Positions 23,531 to 35,864 of a DNA stretch of 64,000 nucleotides are shown here, one piece after another. The translations under genes and the position numbers were made by a program. Origin of the DNA: Eledone cirrhosa. Taxonomy: Eukaryota. The DNA lies in NCBI GenBank assembly GCA_964016885.1, contig OZ024743.1, forward strand, positions 253,394,001 to 253,458,000. The letters run 5' to 3'. The notes below the pieces were generated by a model. That model was not told where the DNA came from. It did not search any database and saw only the letters and a program-made list of their open reading frames with translations. Position 1 is the stretch's first letter. Every line of letters begins with the position of its first letter.

Positions 23531-25597
23531 ATGGCTACAAAAAAGAAATTTCATACGTCACTCCCACTCATTCCGTCTTCTTCTTCCTCAATCATCACTA
23601 CAGCAGAGAGAAGATTGTCTCTCTCCCTCCCTTCTTTAAATGTGTCTCTCTCCCTCCCTTCTCTTTCGCAAGTGACGAAAGAAAAGAAAAGTCTCGTGCA
23701 AAGCGTGCAAGGTTTCTCCACGACGACGACGACAGCGACGAAACAGGTGTGCGGGAAATACGAAAACCCAGTTCATTCGTCTGACGTCAGGAATAATAGC
23801 AGTAGCAGCCGTAATAACAACAGCAACAGTGACAATGAAAACAACAGTAGCAGCCGCAACAGCATCACCAGCAACACCAACAACAACCACAGCAACAGCG
23901 GCGGAGGCAGTAGTCGTAGTACCTGCAGCAACAACAAAAGTACCAGCAGCTCTGACGACAACAACAACAGCAGAGAAAAACCAATCTCATTTGCAGGTAT
24001 TGCGAAAAACTTGGAAACAATCCTCATAACAAATGAGGAATTAGAGGAAGCGAAGAAGATGGTGACAAAGAACGGACACCGAGCAATCTGCAAGGCAGCG
24101 AAACATTTTTTCGAAACCCAAGAGCACTGTACGGTCACGTACCGTACAGTAAGTACAAAATCCCGTAGGGTGGAAAGAGCCACAGAGGCCCAAATACAAA
24201 AAGCCTTGGGGTCTGTGTGGCAGAGGAAAACGCACATCACCCGAGGCAAAAAATACGCCACCGTAGACGTACTTTTTGCCACACCCCAGGAGGCAAAGGC
24301 CCAATCAGTAGTGACCCTAAGGAGCGAGGAAATGGTGTTGGTGCCCTCCTACTGCTGGCAAAAAATTGTGAGGGTCAAACTGACCCACGTCCCCCCCGGA
24401 ATGACCCCTTCTTGGCTGGCCGCGTCTGTCCTCGTCGGAATCGAGGACAAAACAACTGTACTGCAAGTACAGAAAAAAGTAAGAGAAGATTGGGTCGGCT
24501 CCTCCATTGAGATGCTAATCCAAACCAACCAGGAGTGCATCGAAGCTATCCCGGATGTGATAGACTTCGATAACGGCACTCAACTGCCCATAAGTGTTGA
24601 GGGCAAACGCCCGAAATGCTTTCGCTGTGGATCGAAGACTCACCTCAGGGCCTTCTGCAACGAGAAGACCCTGAGAAAGGAGAAAACCCCCCTCCTTCCG
24701 AATCCGGCTCCACGGCTACCAGCAACAGGACAAGCGGCAACCAGGAACGATAGGTCCGTGGCACCCATACCCACTCCACGGAAATCAAAGACAGCAGCAG
24801 CAGTGGAAATATTAACAACAACAACAGCAATACCAAATGCAGCTGCAACAGAGACTCCAGTGCAAACATCACCAACAACAACAAGTGAAAGAGTGGAGCT
24901 GGTACCCCTCCCCGACCTTACAGAATCAGACATGGAGTGTGAGGTGGGAGAGGGATGGCAAAAGGTCGCAAGAAGGCACAAACGCAGAAGCAGCGCATCG
25001 TCGCCTTTGAAAAGGGAGGAAAGAAATGAGAAAAGGGTAAAGTCTACTGCAAAAAGATCCACAGCAGCAACACCACCAACACCATCACCACCCACACCAG
25101 CACCACCATCACCACCGGCGACAACCCCACCGCCAACAACACCTTCAACACCACCACCACAAGCACCAACATCGCAAACACAACAACAAAACACACACAC
25201 CCAGCAACAACGACAAGAAAACAGCAGAACCACACCCCACCCCCAGAAAAACAAATGCACGGCAATAAACACACACAACAAGAAACTAATGACTTACATA
25301 ATTGAACACACAGACATTTCACAACAGGACTACATAATACCAGCACCAATCAAAACGCCAACTAACATAAGACTGCTAAAAATAGCACAGAAACAATACA
25401 CAAACATTAAAACGAAATTCCCCAACGCAGTTGGTGATTTCAGGGACCTAGGAGGAACCATCAATCGAAGAGTATATTCAGACATTCTCTTAGAAGAGCC
25501 GACGACCAGCCGAAGGGACGATTCAACGGTCCCTTCACCAGACGATCAAGTGAAAAGGGATGTAAAAACCATCCCTCCTCTACCAAAAGTACGATAA
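23531..25597 (+). CDS. Tx1-B ORF1p (688 aa, RNA-binding gag-like, CCHC knuckle, S/N- and P/T-rich linkers)
   Basis: Open ORF directly upstream of ORF2. Knuckle CFRCGSKTHLRAFC. Homologous to Tx1-A ORF1. Confidence 0.88.
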   Translation: MATKKKFHTSLPLIPSSSSSIITTAERRLSLSLPSLNVSLSLPSLSQVTKEKKSLVQSVQGFSTTTTTATKQVCGKYENPVHSSDVRNNSSSSRNNNSNSDNENNSSSRNSITSNTNNNHSNSGGGSSRSTCSNNKSTSSSDDNNNSREKPISFAGIAKNLETILITNEELEEAKKMVTKNGHRAICKAAKHFFETQEHCTVTYRTVSTKSRRVERATEAQIQKALGSVWQRKTHITRGKKYATVDVLFATPQEAKAQSVVTLRSEEMVLVPSYCWQKIVRVKLTHVPPGMTPSWLAASVLVGIEDKTTVLQVQKKVREDWVGSSIEMLIQTNQECIEAIPDVIDFDNGTQLPISVEGKRPKCFRCGSKTHLRAFCNEKTLRKEKTPLLPNPAPRLPATGQAATRNDRSVAPIPTPRKSKTAAAVEILTTTTAIPNAAATETPVQTSPTTTSERVELVPLPDLTESDMECEVGEGWQKVARRHKRRSSASSPLKREERNEKRVKSTAKRSTAATPPTPSPPTPAPPSPPATTPPPTTPSTPPPQAPTSQTQQQNTHTQQQRQENSRTTPHPQKNKCTAINTHNKKLMTYIIEHTDISQQDYIIPAPIKTPTNIRLLKIAQKQYTNIKTKFPNAVGDFRDLGGTINRRVYSDILLEEPTTSRRDDSTVPSPDDQVKRDVKTIPPLPKVR

Positions 25598-25632
25598 GTG
25601 GTCTTTCCCATCTTTTCCACTCTATTTTAAAC

Positions 25633-28600
25633 ATGACCTCACTCAGAATAGGCAGCATAAATGCGCGTGGCTTGGGGTCGTCATGGAAGCAGGGTCACCT
25701 GCTCAACGACCTCAGGTCACTAAACATAGATGTAGTGGCCATCAGCGAGACCAGAATCTCCGAAGCACGGGCCTTCGCACCGATCTTCGGCGGCTACGAT
25801 GTGTACGCATCTCCCAGCCGTCCTGGATCGGGTGGAGGAGTTGCTGTGCTTTTTCGGAGAGGTTTGGATCTCGCCATACGGGCCATCTTCCTGGACCCAG
25901 AGGGTAAGCTGGTGGTGCTGGACGTGACCAGCGGAGACGGGCAAGCTTTCAGGCTAGTGGCCGTCTATGCCCCGACAGGAGCAGGGCGGCCTGATTTCTT
26001 CCGGCGTCTGGAGACCTTTCTTGGAACGTCCCGCTCTTTAGTGTTAGTGGGCGACTGGAACGGGATCTTAGATGCACGCTGGGACTGTGTGGGATTAGCG
26101 GATAGGGGTGGAGGGTGCAAGAGCCTCACCAACCTGCTCAGGCGTTTTGAACTGTCTGACAGGTACCGATTGGATTTCCCGAATGTGCCAATGTGGACTT
26201 GGACAAACCGCATAGGGTCATCCAGATCATATCTAGATAGAGCATTTTGTAGGGAAATAGATAGGTCTAGCATAGGCTGTCCACAATTCAAGATAGTCAG
26301 CTACACGGACCACAAATTCGTGACCTGTGTGCTTGACTTAGATAGGCTTCATAGACGAGGACCCGGCTACTGGAAGCTAAACGCGTCCTTACCAGCGCGC
26401 AAGGCCTACAGAGACCGGATTAGCGAACTAGTTAAGCGGGCGTTGACGGGGGCCATCGTCAACAACAAGTGGTGGTTTGCTCTGAAAAGAGCGATTAGAA
26501 TAGAATCGATTAGGTTTAGTAAGGCTTTAGCAATAGAGAAAAATAGAGCAGAGGGAGAACTAGTTAGAAAATTAGACGAGGCGCTTAGCAAAGGCATTGC
26601 GACCGACGTGCTTGCGGCGAAATTGGCCCTTGACCAATTCTTCAATGCAAAGCACGAAGGCTGCGTTGTCAGAGCTAGGGTGCGTGCTCTCAGACACGAG
26701 GGGACGAAAGCCGTTCAATGGGCCCGAGTGGCGGAGGCGCGTCGTGGCAACAAAGCCACGATCCGGTCTTTGGTGGACCACGACGGGCGCATGCTACTCG
26801 ATCCCGGGAAAATGTGTGAAGCTTTTCAGCGACACTTCGCTCAGCTGTTCGGGGGCAGCGGGGGGCCGGGTAGAGGGATGGACTTTAGTGCCTACCTCGA
26901 CGGACTGCCGCGGCTCTCGGCCACTGAGGCGAAGTGTTGCGAAAAGCCGATAACAGCCGCTGAAGTACGGGAGGCAATGACTGGCTGCACAAGGGGTAAA
27001 TCGCCTGGTTTGGATGGTCTGCCCTATGAACTTTACGTACAGATGCCAGACTTGTTCGGAGGCCTCTTGGCGGACGTCTACTGCAACTGGCAACAGAACG
27101 GGAGAATTCCCAGTTCTGTGAGCCGAGGAGCGGTGGCACTGCTGAGAAAGGATCCGAACAAGGGGGATAACATAGACAATTTCCGGCCCATAACTCTGCT
27201 AAACACAGAGTTTAAGATTTTGGCCAAGGTGCTAGCAAAGAGGTTGGCGCTTGTCGTTGGTGGTCTGGTGGGAGAGGCGCAGACATGCGCCATTCCCGAC
27301 AGATCCATCCACGACAACCTCCACCTCATGCGATACATCGTAGAGAGGGTAGCTAGGGAACCTGGCACGGGTGGGTCCTTGATCAATTTAGATCAGTCGA
27401 AAGCTTTCGATAGGGTCGACCATCGTTACCTAGCGGCAGTCCTGAGGGCGGCTGGCTTTGGGCCCGTCTTCAGAGGCTGGATCGCTGCCATGCACAGCGA
27501 CATCTGCTCTGTGGTGAGAGTGAACGGTCACCTGTCGGAACCGTTCAACATCATGCGCTCGGTCCGCCAAGGATGTCCCCTCTCGTCCCTCTTGTACGTA
27601 TTGACTCTCGAGCCATTACTGCACAAACTGGAGACGTTGAGGGGAGTCCCGCGCGAACTAGGATGCGGAAGATCCGTGTCAGCATATGCCGACGATGTCA
27701 CCGTAGTGGTGTCGAACGCCAAACACATCGAGGCGATCGGCACTACACTAAGAGAATACGAAGCGGTGACAGGAGCAATGATCAACCAGGAAAAGTCAGT
27801 GGGCCTGCAGCTCGGCACCTGGAGAGGCAGGTCCATGCCGTCCAACAGCGTCGTCGGGCGCTGGACGGACGGACCGGTTAAATTGCTAGGGGTCTGGTTC
27901 GGTCCGGACCTCCAGACGGACAAAAACTGGGACGAGGTGACGAGCAGGGTGGCTTCTCTCACCCAGAAATGGGCGGAGAGGAAGCTATCCCTGAAAGGTC
28001 GAGCGGAGGTGGCTAACGCGTACATCGCGTCTGTCATCTGCTACCGCCTAACCGTCGTACCTTGTCCTAAGCCTCGCCTGACTGCGCTGGAGCGTTTGCT
28101 CTTTCGCTTTTTGTGGAAGGGACGTGCTCCGATGGTCAGGCGGTCCATCTGTTGTCAACACCCGCTACGTGGAGGGCTGGGCATGCCGTGGCTGATGATG
28201 CGCAGGCACGCGCTCAGGCTACGACATCTCCACCTCTTCCTCGACGGTGATCAGGTGTGGTCGCCGTTTGCTAGACGCGTTTTTCCCCAGCTCGTTTCCT
28301 TGACGGAGCTGCAGTCCTGGGTCAAGCGAAGACCGAGAGGGAGCGCCTGGAGACTGGAATGTCTTCAGGCGCTCACAGCCCTCGACCAATCGGACAATGT
28401 GATCGGTGGAAACTCCACCTCGGCGTTCTATAGAGGATTAGTGGAGGGGAAGAGCGACGACGTACTTGGGGAAACTCTAGGCGTCGACGAAAATCAACTA
28501 GCCAATCTCTTCGGAAGAACTTTCGGGCCAGGGCCTATGGACAACTTCCAGAAATCTCTGGCCTGGCAGTGCTACCGAGGAGCCTTGCCAGTTCGGGATA

Positions 28601-29052
28601 AACTCTACAGGCATGGAGGTGCCGTCAGCCGGGCATGTCCGAGATGCGCGCAGGGCGACGAAACCGTCCTGCACGCACTCGTCCAGTGTCCGAAAATTGC
28701 TGACTTGTGGGTTTATGTCGAACACCTGCTGTCGCGTTTAGGACGGATCCAGCTATCATCTGAGTCTATCGTGAGGATTGCCCCGCCCTCCTCCTTTAGC
28801 CGGGAAGGGCAGGCAGTTTTTATCTGTCTGGTGGCCATGGCGAAAGAGATAGTATGGTGGACACGTTTGAAAGGGCTGAAGACGAGCACTTACCTCTTCG
28901 GTGATGCTCTGATTGACTTTTTCAAATTTCATTTGAAAAGGAAAATCAGAGTAGAGAAGGAAGTGCTCTCTTCCCAGCATTTTGTTGAAAGATGGGTGAG
29001 AGAAGCAAGAATGGCCCGAGTGAATGGGCCGACTCTGAGTATATATCTGTAA
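25633..29052 (+). CDS. Tx1-B ORF2p (1139 aa): AP endonuclease, reverse transcriptase, C-terminal CCHC
   Basis: Motifs INARGL, SET, VYAP, GDWN, YLDR, TDH; KSPGLDG, FRPITLLN, LDQSKAFDRV, VRQGCPLS, AYADD, LLGV; CPRCAQGDETVLHALVQC. Confidence 0.95.
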   Translation: MTSLRIGSINARGLGSSWKQGHLLNDLRSLNIDVVAISETRISEARAFAPIFGGYDVYASPSRPGSGGGVAVLFRRGLDLAIRAIFLDPEGKLVVLDVTSGDGQAFRLVAVYAPTGAGRPDFFRRLETFLGTSRSLVLVGDWNGILDARWDCVGLADRGGGCKSLTNLLRRFELSDRYRLDFPNVPMWTWTNRIGSSRSYLDRAFCREIDRSSIGCPQFKIVSYTDHKFVTCVLDLDRLHRRGPGYWKLNASLPARKAYRDRISELVKRALTGAIVNNKWWFALKRAIRIESIRFSKALAIEKNRAEGELVRKLDEALSKGIATDVLAAKLALDQFFNAKHEGCVVRARVRALRHEGTKAVQWARVAEARRGNKATIRSLVDHDGRMLLDPGKMCEAFQRHFAQLFGGSGGPGRGMDFSAYLDGLPRLSATEAKCCEKPITAAEVREAMTGCTRGKSPGLDGLPYELYVQMPDLFGGLLADVYCNWQQNGRIPSSVSRGAVALLRKDPNKGDNIDNFRPITLLNTEFKILAKVLAKRLALVVGGLVGEAQTCAIPDRSIHDNLHLMRYIVERVAREPGTGGSLINLDQSKAFDRVDHRYLAAVLRAAGFGPVFRGWIAAMHSDICSVVRVNGHLSEPFNIMRSVRQGCPLSSLLYVLTLEPLLHKLETLRGVPRELGCGRSVSAYADDVTVVVSNAKHIEAIGTTLREYEAVTGAMINQEKSVGLQLGTWRGRSMPSNSVVGRWTDGPVKLLGVWFGPDLQTDKNWDEVTSRVASLTQKWAERKLSLKGRAEVANAYIASVICYRLTVVPCPKPRLTALERLLFRFLWKGRAPMVRRSICCQHPLRGGLGMPWLMMRRHALRLRHLHLFLDGDQVWSPFARRVFPQLVSLTELQSWVKRRPRGSAWRLECLQALTALDQSDNVIGGNSTSAFYRGLVEGKSDDVLGETLGVDENQLANLFGRTFGPGPMDNFQKSLAWQCYRGALPVRDKLYRHGGAVSRACPRCAQGDETVLHALVQCPKIADLWVYVEHLLSRLGRIQLSSESIVRIAPPSSFSREGQAVFICLVAMAKEIVWWTRLKGLKTSTYLFGDALIDFFKFHLKRKIRVEKEVLSSQHFVERWVREARMARVNGPTLSIYL

Positions 29053-29314
29053 ACTAAAGGTGGAAAACTGGGAGAGGGCACTTGCCTTGGTGGTCAGGGT
29101 CATTGTGGCTTTTTACTGGGCTTTCTCCACAAATGTCCCTCCGAAGTCTCCCCCCTATTGGGGAATTTTTCATTGTTATTTTCATTGTTATTTTTGTTAC
29201 ATCCTCTGTTTTTGTTTTTTTACACGCAGAAATGCCCATTTGTACCGTCCTGCATTGTCCTGCACTGTCCTTAATGTCTACTTTATGTAAACCCTTGTGG
29301 TTAATAAAGAAATC

Positions 29315-29348
<34 letters not shown>

Positions 29349-29380
29349 TTATTATTTTTATCATCAATAATAATAATAAT

Positions 29381-29684
29381 ATGTTAGGCATCCGATATTA
29401 TGGGAATGTGGTTAGTATGTCTCGGGAAAGAATCGCTGGAGAGATTTTACGGGCAAAACCAACTGGCAGGATACCCAGGGATAGAACGCGAGCAAGATGG
29501 TTGGATAACATTCATGTGCTAAGCTGGTCTCGCTTGGGGATCCAGCGGGATCAGTTGGAAATGTTTGCTTCTTGGAGGACCTGCTGGAGAGAGTGTTTGA
29601 GGACCCTACCCCCACGACACTCTCAGGAATTAGTGGTTGAAGAAGAAAAAAAGGAGGAGGAGAAGGAGGAGGGAGGAAGAAGGA

Positions 29685-29748
<64 letters not shown>

Positions 29749-29790
29749 GGAGGAGGAGGAGGAGGAGGAGGAGGATAAAAAGAAGAAGAA
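29381..29790 (+). mobile_element. RTE-type LINE 3' fragment with (GAA)/(GAG)/(GAT)n tail
   Basis: Translates RYYGNVVSMSRERIAGEILRAKPTGRIPRDRTRARWLDNI, resembling the RTE C-terminal RW.GH..R / G.RPRGR..RW.D motif. Confidence 0.65.
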
Positions 29791-30599
29791 GTCGACCACG
29801 ACAACACCGAAACACTTTCAGATAAGACTCAAAACCATAATTTCCATTGAGAAAGAGAGAGGTTAGCTAAATTTATATTTTCTTGAATGTATTTTTGTAT
29901 ATAAATAATTATTCAGCTCCTATAATGTGTATATTTTTTCCAAAGCTAAAGCTAGCTTTTTGCATTGAAAAGGTCCCCAACGTCTGTACTGGGCGATACA
30001 CAAACAACAGATACGACAAAGTCAAATGCGAAACAGAATACCATTTTCCAATCTTGGAAACTTACTAAGAAGTATGCAGGTTCGTGTGAACTACATTGGT
30101 GGCTTATCTTTAAAACAATCAATCGCAGGTGTCATCTTAAATAACATTTGACATTTTTAATGGTAATCGTTAGAAGTAAAGTACTCGTAATCTCAGGTGA
30201 ACTTTAAAATGTGCATTTATTCAAAGATTTATTTATTTCTATTCCAATATTGCTCAGTATCTTGACATTGAATTACTTCTGCCAATATGATTTAGTTGAC
30301 CAAGAATCTTATTGTTTTTCAAATATTTCATATATTTCATAAAATGTCTCTTTCGGTACACACTGATCATCAGATACTGACAACTAACTTCAGGTCAACT
30401 AGGAACCAAAGTAACTGTATTAGTTTGTTCCACTATGAATATTTGGGGGAGGGGGACTAACATTAACACTTTCTGTACCATATTGCTAATGAAACACACT
30501 GCCTTTGTTTTTCCCATCATATTTGAAGATACTCAAGAATTTGTAGGAATTTAATAACTGAGTGAACGTTTCCCTTATAAACGTGGTGGATTGACAGAG

Positions 30600-30797
30600 T
30601 TATGGTGGTGGGTTGTAGGGTGGTTAGAATGTCGGAAAAATACTTAGCAGTATTTGTTTTTGAATTTTAATTTCTTAGTTGAAATCCCACCGATGTTAAC
30701 TTTGCCTTTTACCCAAGTACTAAGGTTGATTTAGTCAACTTTGTCCTGATCCTTATTTTTCTGGCGGCCTTGTGCTTAAGGCAGAAGCCATTATTGA
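30600..30797 (+). mobile_element. Decayed copy of the Meta-like tRNA SINE
   Basis: GTTGAAATCCCACCGATGTTAACTTTGCCTTT ... GGCCTTGTGCTTAAGGCAGAAGCCATTATT. Confidence 0.65.
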
Positions 30798-32014
30798 ACT
30801 GGTGTTTGGAATATAAAGTAAGAAATGTTCTTACATAAAATTGTGCTGAAAGGTTTTTAGATCTATATACAAATTGTGTATCGTAAATCCAGAGGATGTT
30901 TCAGAAGGCTTAGTGTCAAAAGGGTGAAACAAAGGAATGAACAACAGTAGACGAAGTGCCACAATAAAATCATCAGGATGTTTTCATTTACAAACAATAG
31001 AGTACAACATTTAAACAAGAGTTTTAGCATGGTTTAGTACTAAATCGCCTGAAATAAAATCGGGCTTTACAATAGAAATCTCTTCATTTTATAGTGTTTA
31101 TATTTATCTAAAAGCCTTACATCACAGTTTTATATAAGAATCCTTATTGAGTTATGTTCCAAATAGTATAATATAATCATAAATTTCATTATATTACAAA
31201 ATACTTCAAAGTTGTTATTATTTTTAGAAAGATTTGAAAATTCTAGGTAATGTATTTAATTATAAATATGGTATGAAATGGGTTAAAGCAATTTTCCTCT
31301 CGATGCAAAACAATGTCCCATGCCTATATAAAACATAGTAATATCTTTTAAATCTTGCGATATCACTTACAGCAAAAAGTAGAAATAATAGCAGACCCAA
31401 TCACAATTTATTTATCAATTCAATGAAGTTCCGCTGCATTGAGATTGAATTATTGATAAAGCAAAGATTGTGGAGACATAATTATTTCTATTTGAAATTC
31501 ATACATTAGTATCAACGACTTAGTAAAGTCGATCACATGAAAGGGTAAGTGTGTTGAAGGAAAGATACCAAGATTGGGCAAACTTGTTTTGTTTGTTGTA
31601 AATAGTTATTCACCATTAGCCACTCCCATCCTTACACCAAGTTCTTGGTTGTGGCACCAATATAGCCATTTGAAATTTGGCATAAACAAGATAAGTAAAT
31701 TTCAAGTTCAGTTAATCTATCTAAGATACAATAGATGGTCATAAATCTCAATTTTTGATGCAAAATATTGTAAAATTACGATAAAGTAGTGAACACTACA
31801 GCTGATTATACGACTAATTGTCTATACTGTTTTGACACAGTTAAGTTTACGTCTGTTAATCTAGAACTGTGGTCTACAACCTTGATTTATATAAGCCCAA
31901 AAGGTTCATGGAATTGTGAGGACTAATGACAACAAAAGAGGTTCCTACTGGGTTTGTCAGTATATATATGGACAGTTCTTCATAACATCCACCAAACACA
32001 TTCATTACTATATA

Positions 32015-32330
32015 AGCTATAGTGCTACTCTCCAATCAATGCTCTGTTGTAATCTACAATGTTACTCTCCAAACAATGTTATCTACCGTGACACTTTCCA
32101 ATCAATGTTCTCTAGTATTCAACTGTGTTACTCGATAGTGGTACGCTTCAGCCAATGCTCTCTAGTAATGTTCAGTGTTACACACCAACTAATTATCTCT
32201 AGTCATCTACAGTGTTAATACTATTAAACCAAAATGTTCTAGTAATCTACAATGTTACTCTATAGTAGTACTATTCAGCTAATGCTCCCTGGTAATCTAC
32301 TGTATCTATAATGGTACTCTCCAATCAATA
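32015..32330. repeat. Degenerate minisatellite (roughly 35-40 bp units)
   Basis: Recurrent TGTTACTCTCCAATCAATGCTCTCTAGTAATCTAC-like units. Confidence 0.6.
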
Positions 32331-32754
32331 ATCCTTCAATTTAATTAACCTTCTTTAGTAGAGATCAACAGAACTATTTTTCCTCATTTCCAGAGATCAC
32401 AGTCCTGCATGTCTGAAAATATATTTGTTCAGACAACTAAATAATTCCATCAAACAGACCTGATAACATGTCTAGAGTACTTTCTCTACATTCACCTGGC
32501 ATTGTTTAAACGTTACCAGTACGTGTATACCAACTCACTACAATTAAAAGTTATATATTCCCTGTAAGTTACACATGTATGTATATAGGTCATTCGTACA
32601 TGAGATGAAAGGTCTTAATACCCACACATCCTCCTAATATTTTCCTGATTGTGTGAACAGCTAGACATGTAAATAACTCTTAAAATACTGCTTCCAAAAT
32701 GTAGTTACTTATCAATGGAGCAACGAATAAATACCGATGTATATGGAATCCACA

Positions 32755-32798
<44 letters not shown>

Positions 32799-32989
32799 CA
32801 CACGCACACTCTTACACACACATATATATGTATTTGGATGTATATATCAGGTCACTGGTTCCTCCAGCCTCACGGCATCGAAAACAGTTAAAACGATGGA
32901 TGGAACACTTCATGCGACCTCTAAACCAGCCAAGCCCAACATCTACTTAATAAGTTGATGATAGAATGGAAATTGAGACCAGTAACTCA

Positions 32990-33205
32990 TTGGTACTCCT
33001 TAGTGATATAACGAAAGAAGAAATGCGCAAGGCAACCGACGCTCAGAAAAATATCAAATACCCTGGACTAGATTCCATACCAGCTGATCTCATAAAACAC
33101 GACGGAGACATCATAGAGAAGCTGACAGGAATTGGAATGGTAATCTTGAATAAAGGAGAGCCACTTACTGAATGGTCAAAAGGGGTTATTGTCAAAATTC
33201 CTAAG
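32990..33205 (+). mobile_element. Internal LINE (RTE-like) ORF fragment
   Basis: ITKEEMRKA..KNIKYPGLDSIPADLIK...EWSKGVIVKIPK, the pre-RT region of non-LTR elements. Confidence 0.7.
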
Positions 33206-33214
33206 TGTATACAA

Positions 33215-33300
<86 letters not shown>

Positions 33301-34528
33301 ATAAATATATAAATATATTTATTTATATATATATATATATATACATAATCATCAGTACTAAATATGTTGGTTTAGAGAAGAGAGAGACGAGAAAGGAAAT
33401 ATATTCTTTATTTGAAAGGACATTGTTTTACTATATACGTGTACATTTACATATCTTCTTCTCTATACGGAGGTTGGCATTCAACATAAATAACACCAAC
33501 AATAAAAATAATAAAGATAATAATTATAATATCAAAAATACCACCAATAATGATAACAATAATTAATAATAATAATAATAATACTTAACAATGCCAACAA
33601 TAATAATGTGGCCAATTTTGATATATTAAAAGTCTTTTCCTACATTCCTACGATTTATTTTCCTTCCTGAAATGCTTAGAATTTTCTAGAGTTTTCTCTA
33701 AGATTCAAACGAAACTTCTAGATAAAATAAAATAATTTTTACCAACTTCATATATTAATATTTATTTTCTGCAGCAGCAGAAGATAAATGGAGAATCTTC
33801 TGACAATGGTGCTATTGTCATATAATCCTCCAACACTGATTTGTCGATTCTCGTTTCTTTATTTTAAGATTAGTTGTAATAAAATATGAAGAAATCCGTT
33901 TTTTTTTTTATTATTTTGCTACTTATATGTTCGATGTTATTGTTATTCATAAGAGAAAGGTATTTTGATTAAACTCCTCGTGTAGTTTGATAGATTGGCA
34001 GCCGTTTCCTAATAGTGTGTAATTTGAAAGTCTAGTTGTAAATGTTCTCATAACCGACCGACACGGGCTGCAATATTATTTGATATAAAATATACATACG
34101 TAAAGAAGGAACAACGACTGTTTTTATACAACTTTGTATGTGTGTGCGTACGTTTATGCAAGTGTATATATATATATATATCCACATACACAACATATAA
34201 AATCAATGTCTGTGTACACATTGATATATATATATATTCCCTATCTAACGTCAGTTACGAGAATATATATATATATGTGTATATATACGCACACATACAT
34301 ATATGTATCTAAATATATAGACATATATAGTCATATACACACACAATTATACGACGCCTGTGTATGTACAAGTGGCGTATTGAAAAAGACGAGGAGATTG
34401 ATTTTTTTTGTTGAATTGGAACATTTCTTCCTAGAAATGGCAAAGTATATCTTCGAATTCTTTTTTAATCAGAAAAAAACCCCGACAACATATGAACATA
34501 GTTGCACCCCCTCCCTCTCTCTCTCATT

Positions 34529-34569
<41 letters not shown>

Positions 34570-34694
34570 TATAGAAAAATATACATATGTATCCACACAC
34601 ACACGTATATATATGTATATATACATATATATAGAGGAAAATATACAGATCGATACACACACACGCACACACATACACACACACGCACACATAC

Positions 34695-34727
<33 letters not shown>

Positions 34728-34809
34728 TATAGGAAAATATACATATGTATACACACACACACAGGCACACACACACACATACACGCATTCACACACACAA
34801 CTATATATA

Positions 34810-35708
34810 TATAATAACTAGAGGTTGATTAACATATAAATATACATGAATAATCACAGGAGATAATTTTTGCTCGCGTGTAACCACGCATAGCTAGTAT
34901 AGGTAGTATTTACCTTTAAGAGTGATTAACCTTTCCTTGTATATATCCCATTAAAAAAATATATTTCACCAATTAATCAGATGATAAGTCACGGATAGTG
35001 GATATTATTGGATTGTCAACAAGGAAAGTGTAATAATTTCCAGCTATTCGTCCTTACAGAGTAAGTTCAAATCTTCAACTAGCCGTCACCACGTGTTGCG
35101 TCCACACAAGATAGTGGTTTCATTTCAGTGGCGTGAATAGGTATTCGACAACTAGAAATAGCAGTCAAATTCTCTTCAACAGAAATAGCTCTACAATTAA
35201 GGAGCCGTATATATACATCTAAATCCAAAATTACGATAAAATAAATTAAATGAATTTAATCTAAATCGAAATCATGGGTGTCATGTCATAATGCATGCGC
35301 CATATATCCTGGGAATTTGAGCTCAAAGATAAATCTGAACATATTATAATAACTAGAGATTGATTAACATATAAATATACATGAATGATCACAGGAGATA
35401 ATTTGTGCTCGCGTGTAACCACGCATAGCCAGTATAGGTAATATTTACCTTTAAGAGTGATTAACCTTTCCTTGTATATATCCCATTAAAGAAATATATT
35501 TCACCAATTAATCAGATGGTAAGTTACGCATAGTGGATATTATTGGATTGTCAACAAGCAAACAGGTAATAATTTCCAGCTATTCGTCCTTACAGAGTGA
35601 GTTCAAATCGTCAACTAGCCGTCACCACGTGTTGCGTCCACACAAGATAGCGGTTTCGTTTCAGTGGCGTGAATAGGTATTCGACAACTAGAAATAGCAG
35701 TCAAATTC
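34810..35708. repeat. Tandem duplication, period about 535 bp (about 1.7 copies), containing a SINE-like segment
   Basis: ATAATAACTAGAG.TTGATTAAC at 34811 and 35346. Second copy ends at GCAGTCAAATTC 35708. Confidence 0.9.
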
Positions 35709-35821
35709 GTTTGTTTTCGGTGCACCCGGCCGATTAACCCACTCGATATGCAAATTGGGCTACTCAGCCGTTAATATGCATAAGGTAAGTATATACCTTC
35801 AACAATCTGGCAGGAAGGTAT

Positions 35822-35864
35822 ACGTTGCTGACGATAGCTAACAAGCTTGAAACTAGTACAGCGT
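35822..35864 (+). ncRNA. Minimal type I hammerhead ribozyme motif
   Basis: ACGTTG-CTGACGA-tAGCTaacaAGCTt-GAAA-CTAG-TA-CAGCGT: 6-bp stem I, stem II, palindromic stem III and a GUA cleavage triplet. Confidence 0.8.

Larger units (their letters stand above)
23316..29314 (+). mobile_element. Full-length, apparently intact L1/Tx1-clade LINE (copy Tx1-B) inserted in (ATT)n
   Basis: Flanked by (TTA)n at 23275-23315 and 29315-29356. Two uninterrupted ORFs 35 nt apart. Confidence 0.95.

Noticed and set aside
30340-30380. Minus-strand CTGATGA...GAAA hammerhead-like motif
   Set aside because: No UH cleavage site, and stems I and II do not pair. At best a decayed relic.
32015-32330. CRISPR-like repeat array
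   Set aside because: Degenerate contiguous minisatellite with no unique spacers, eukaryotic context and no cas genes.
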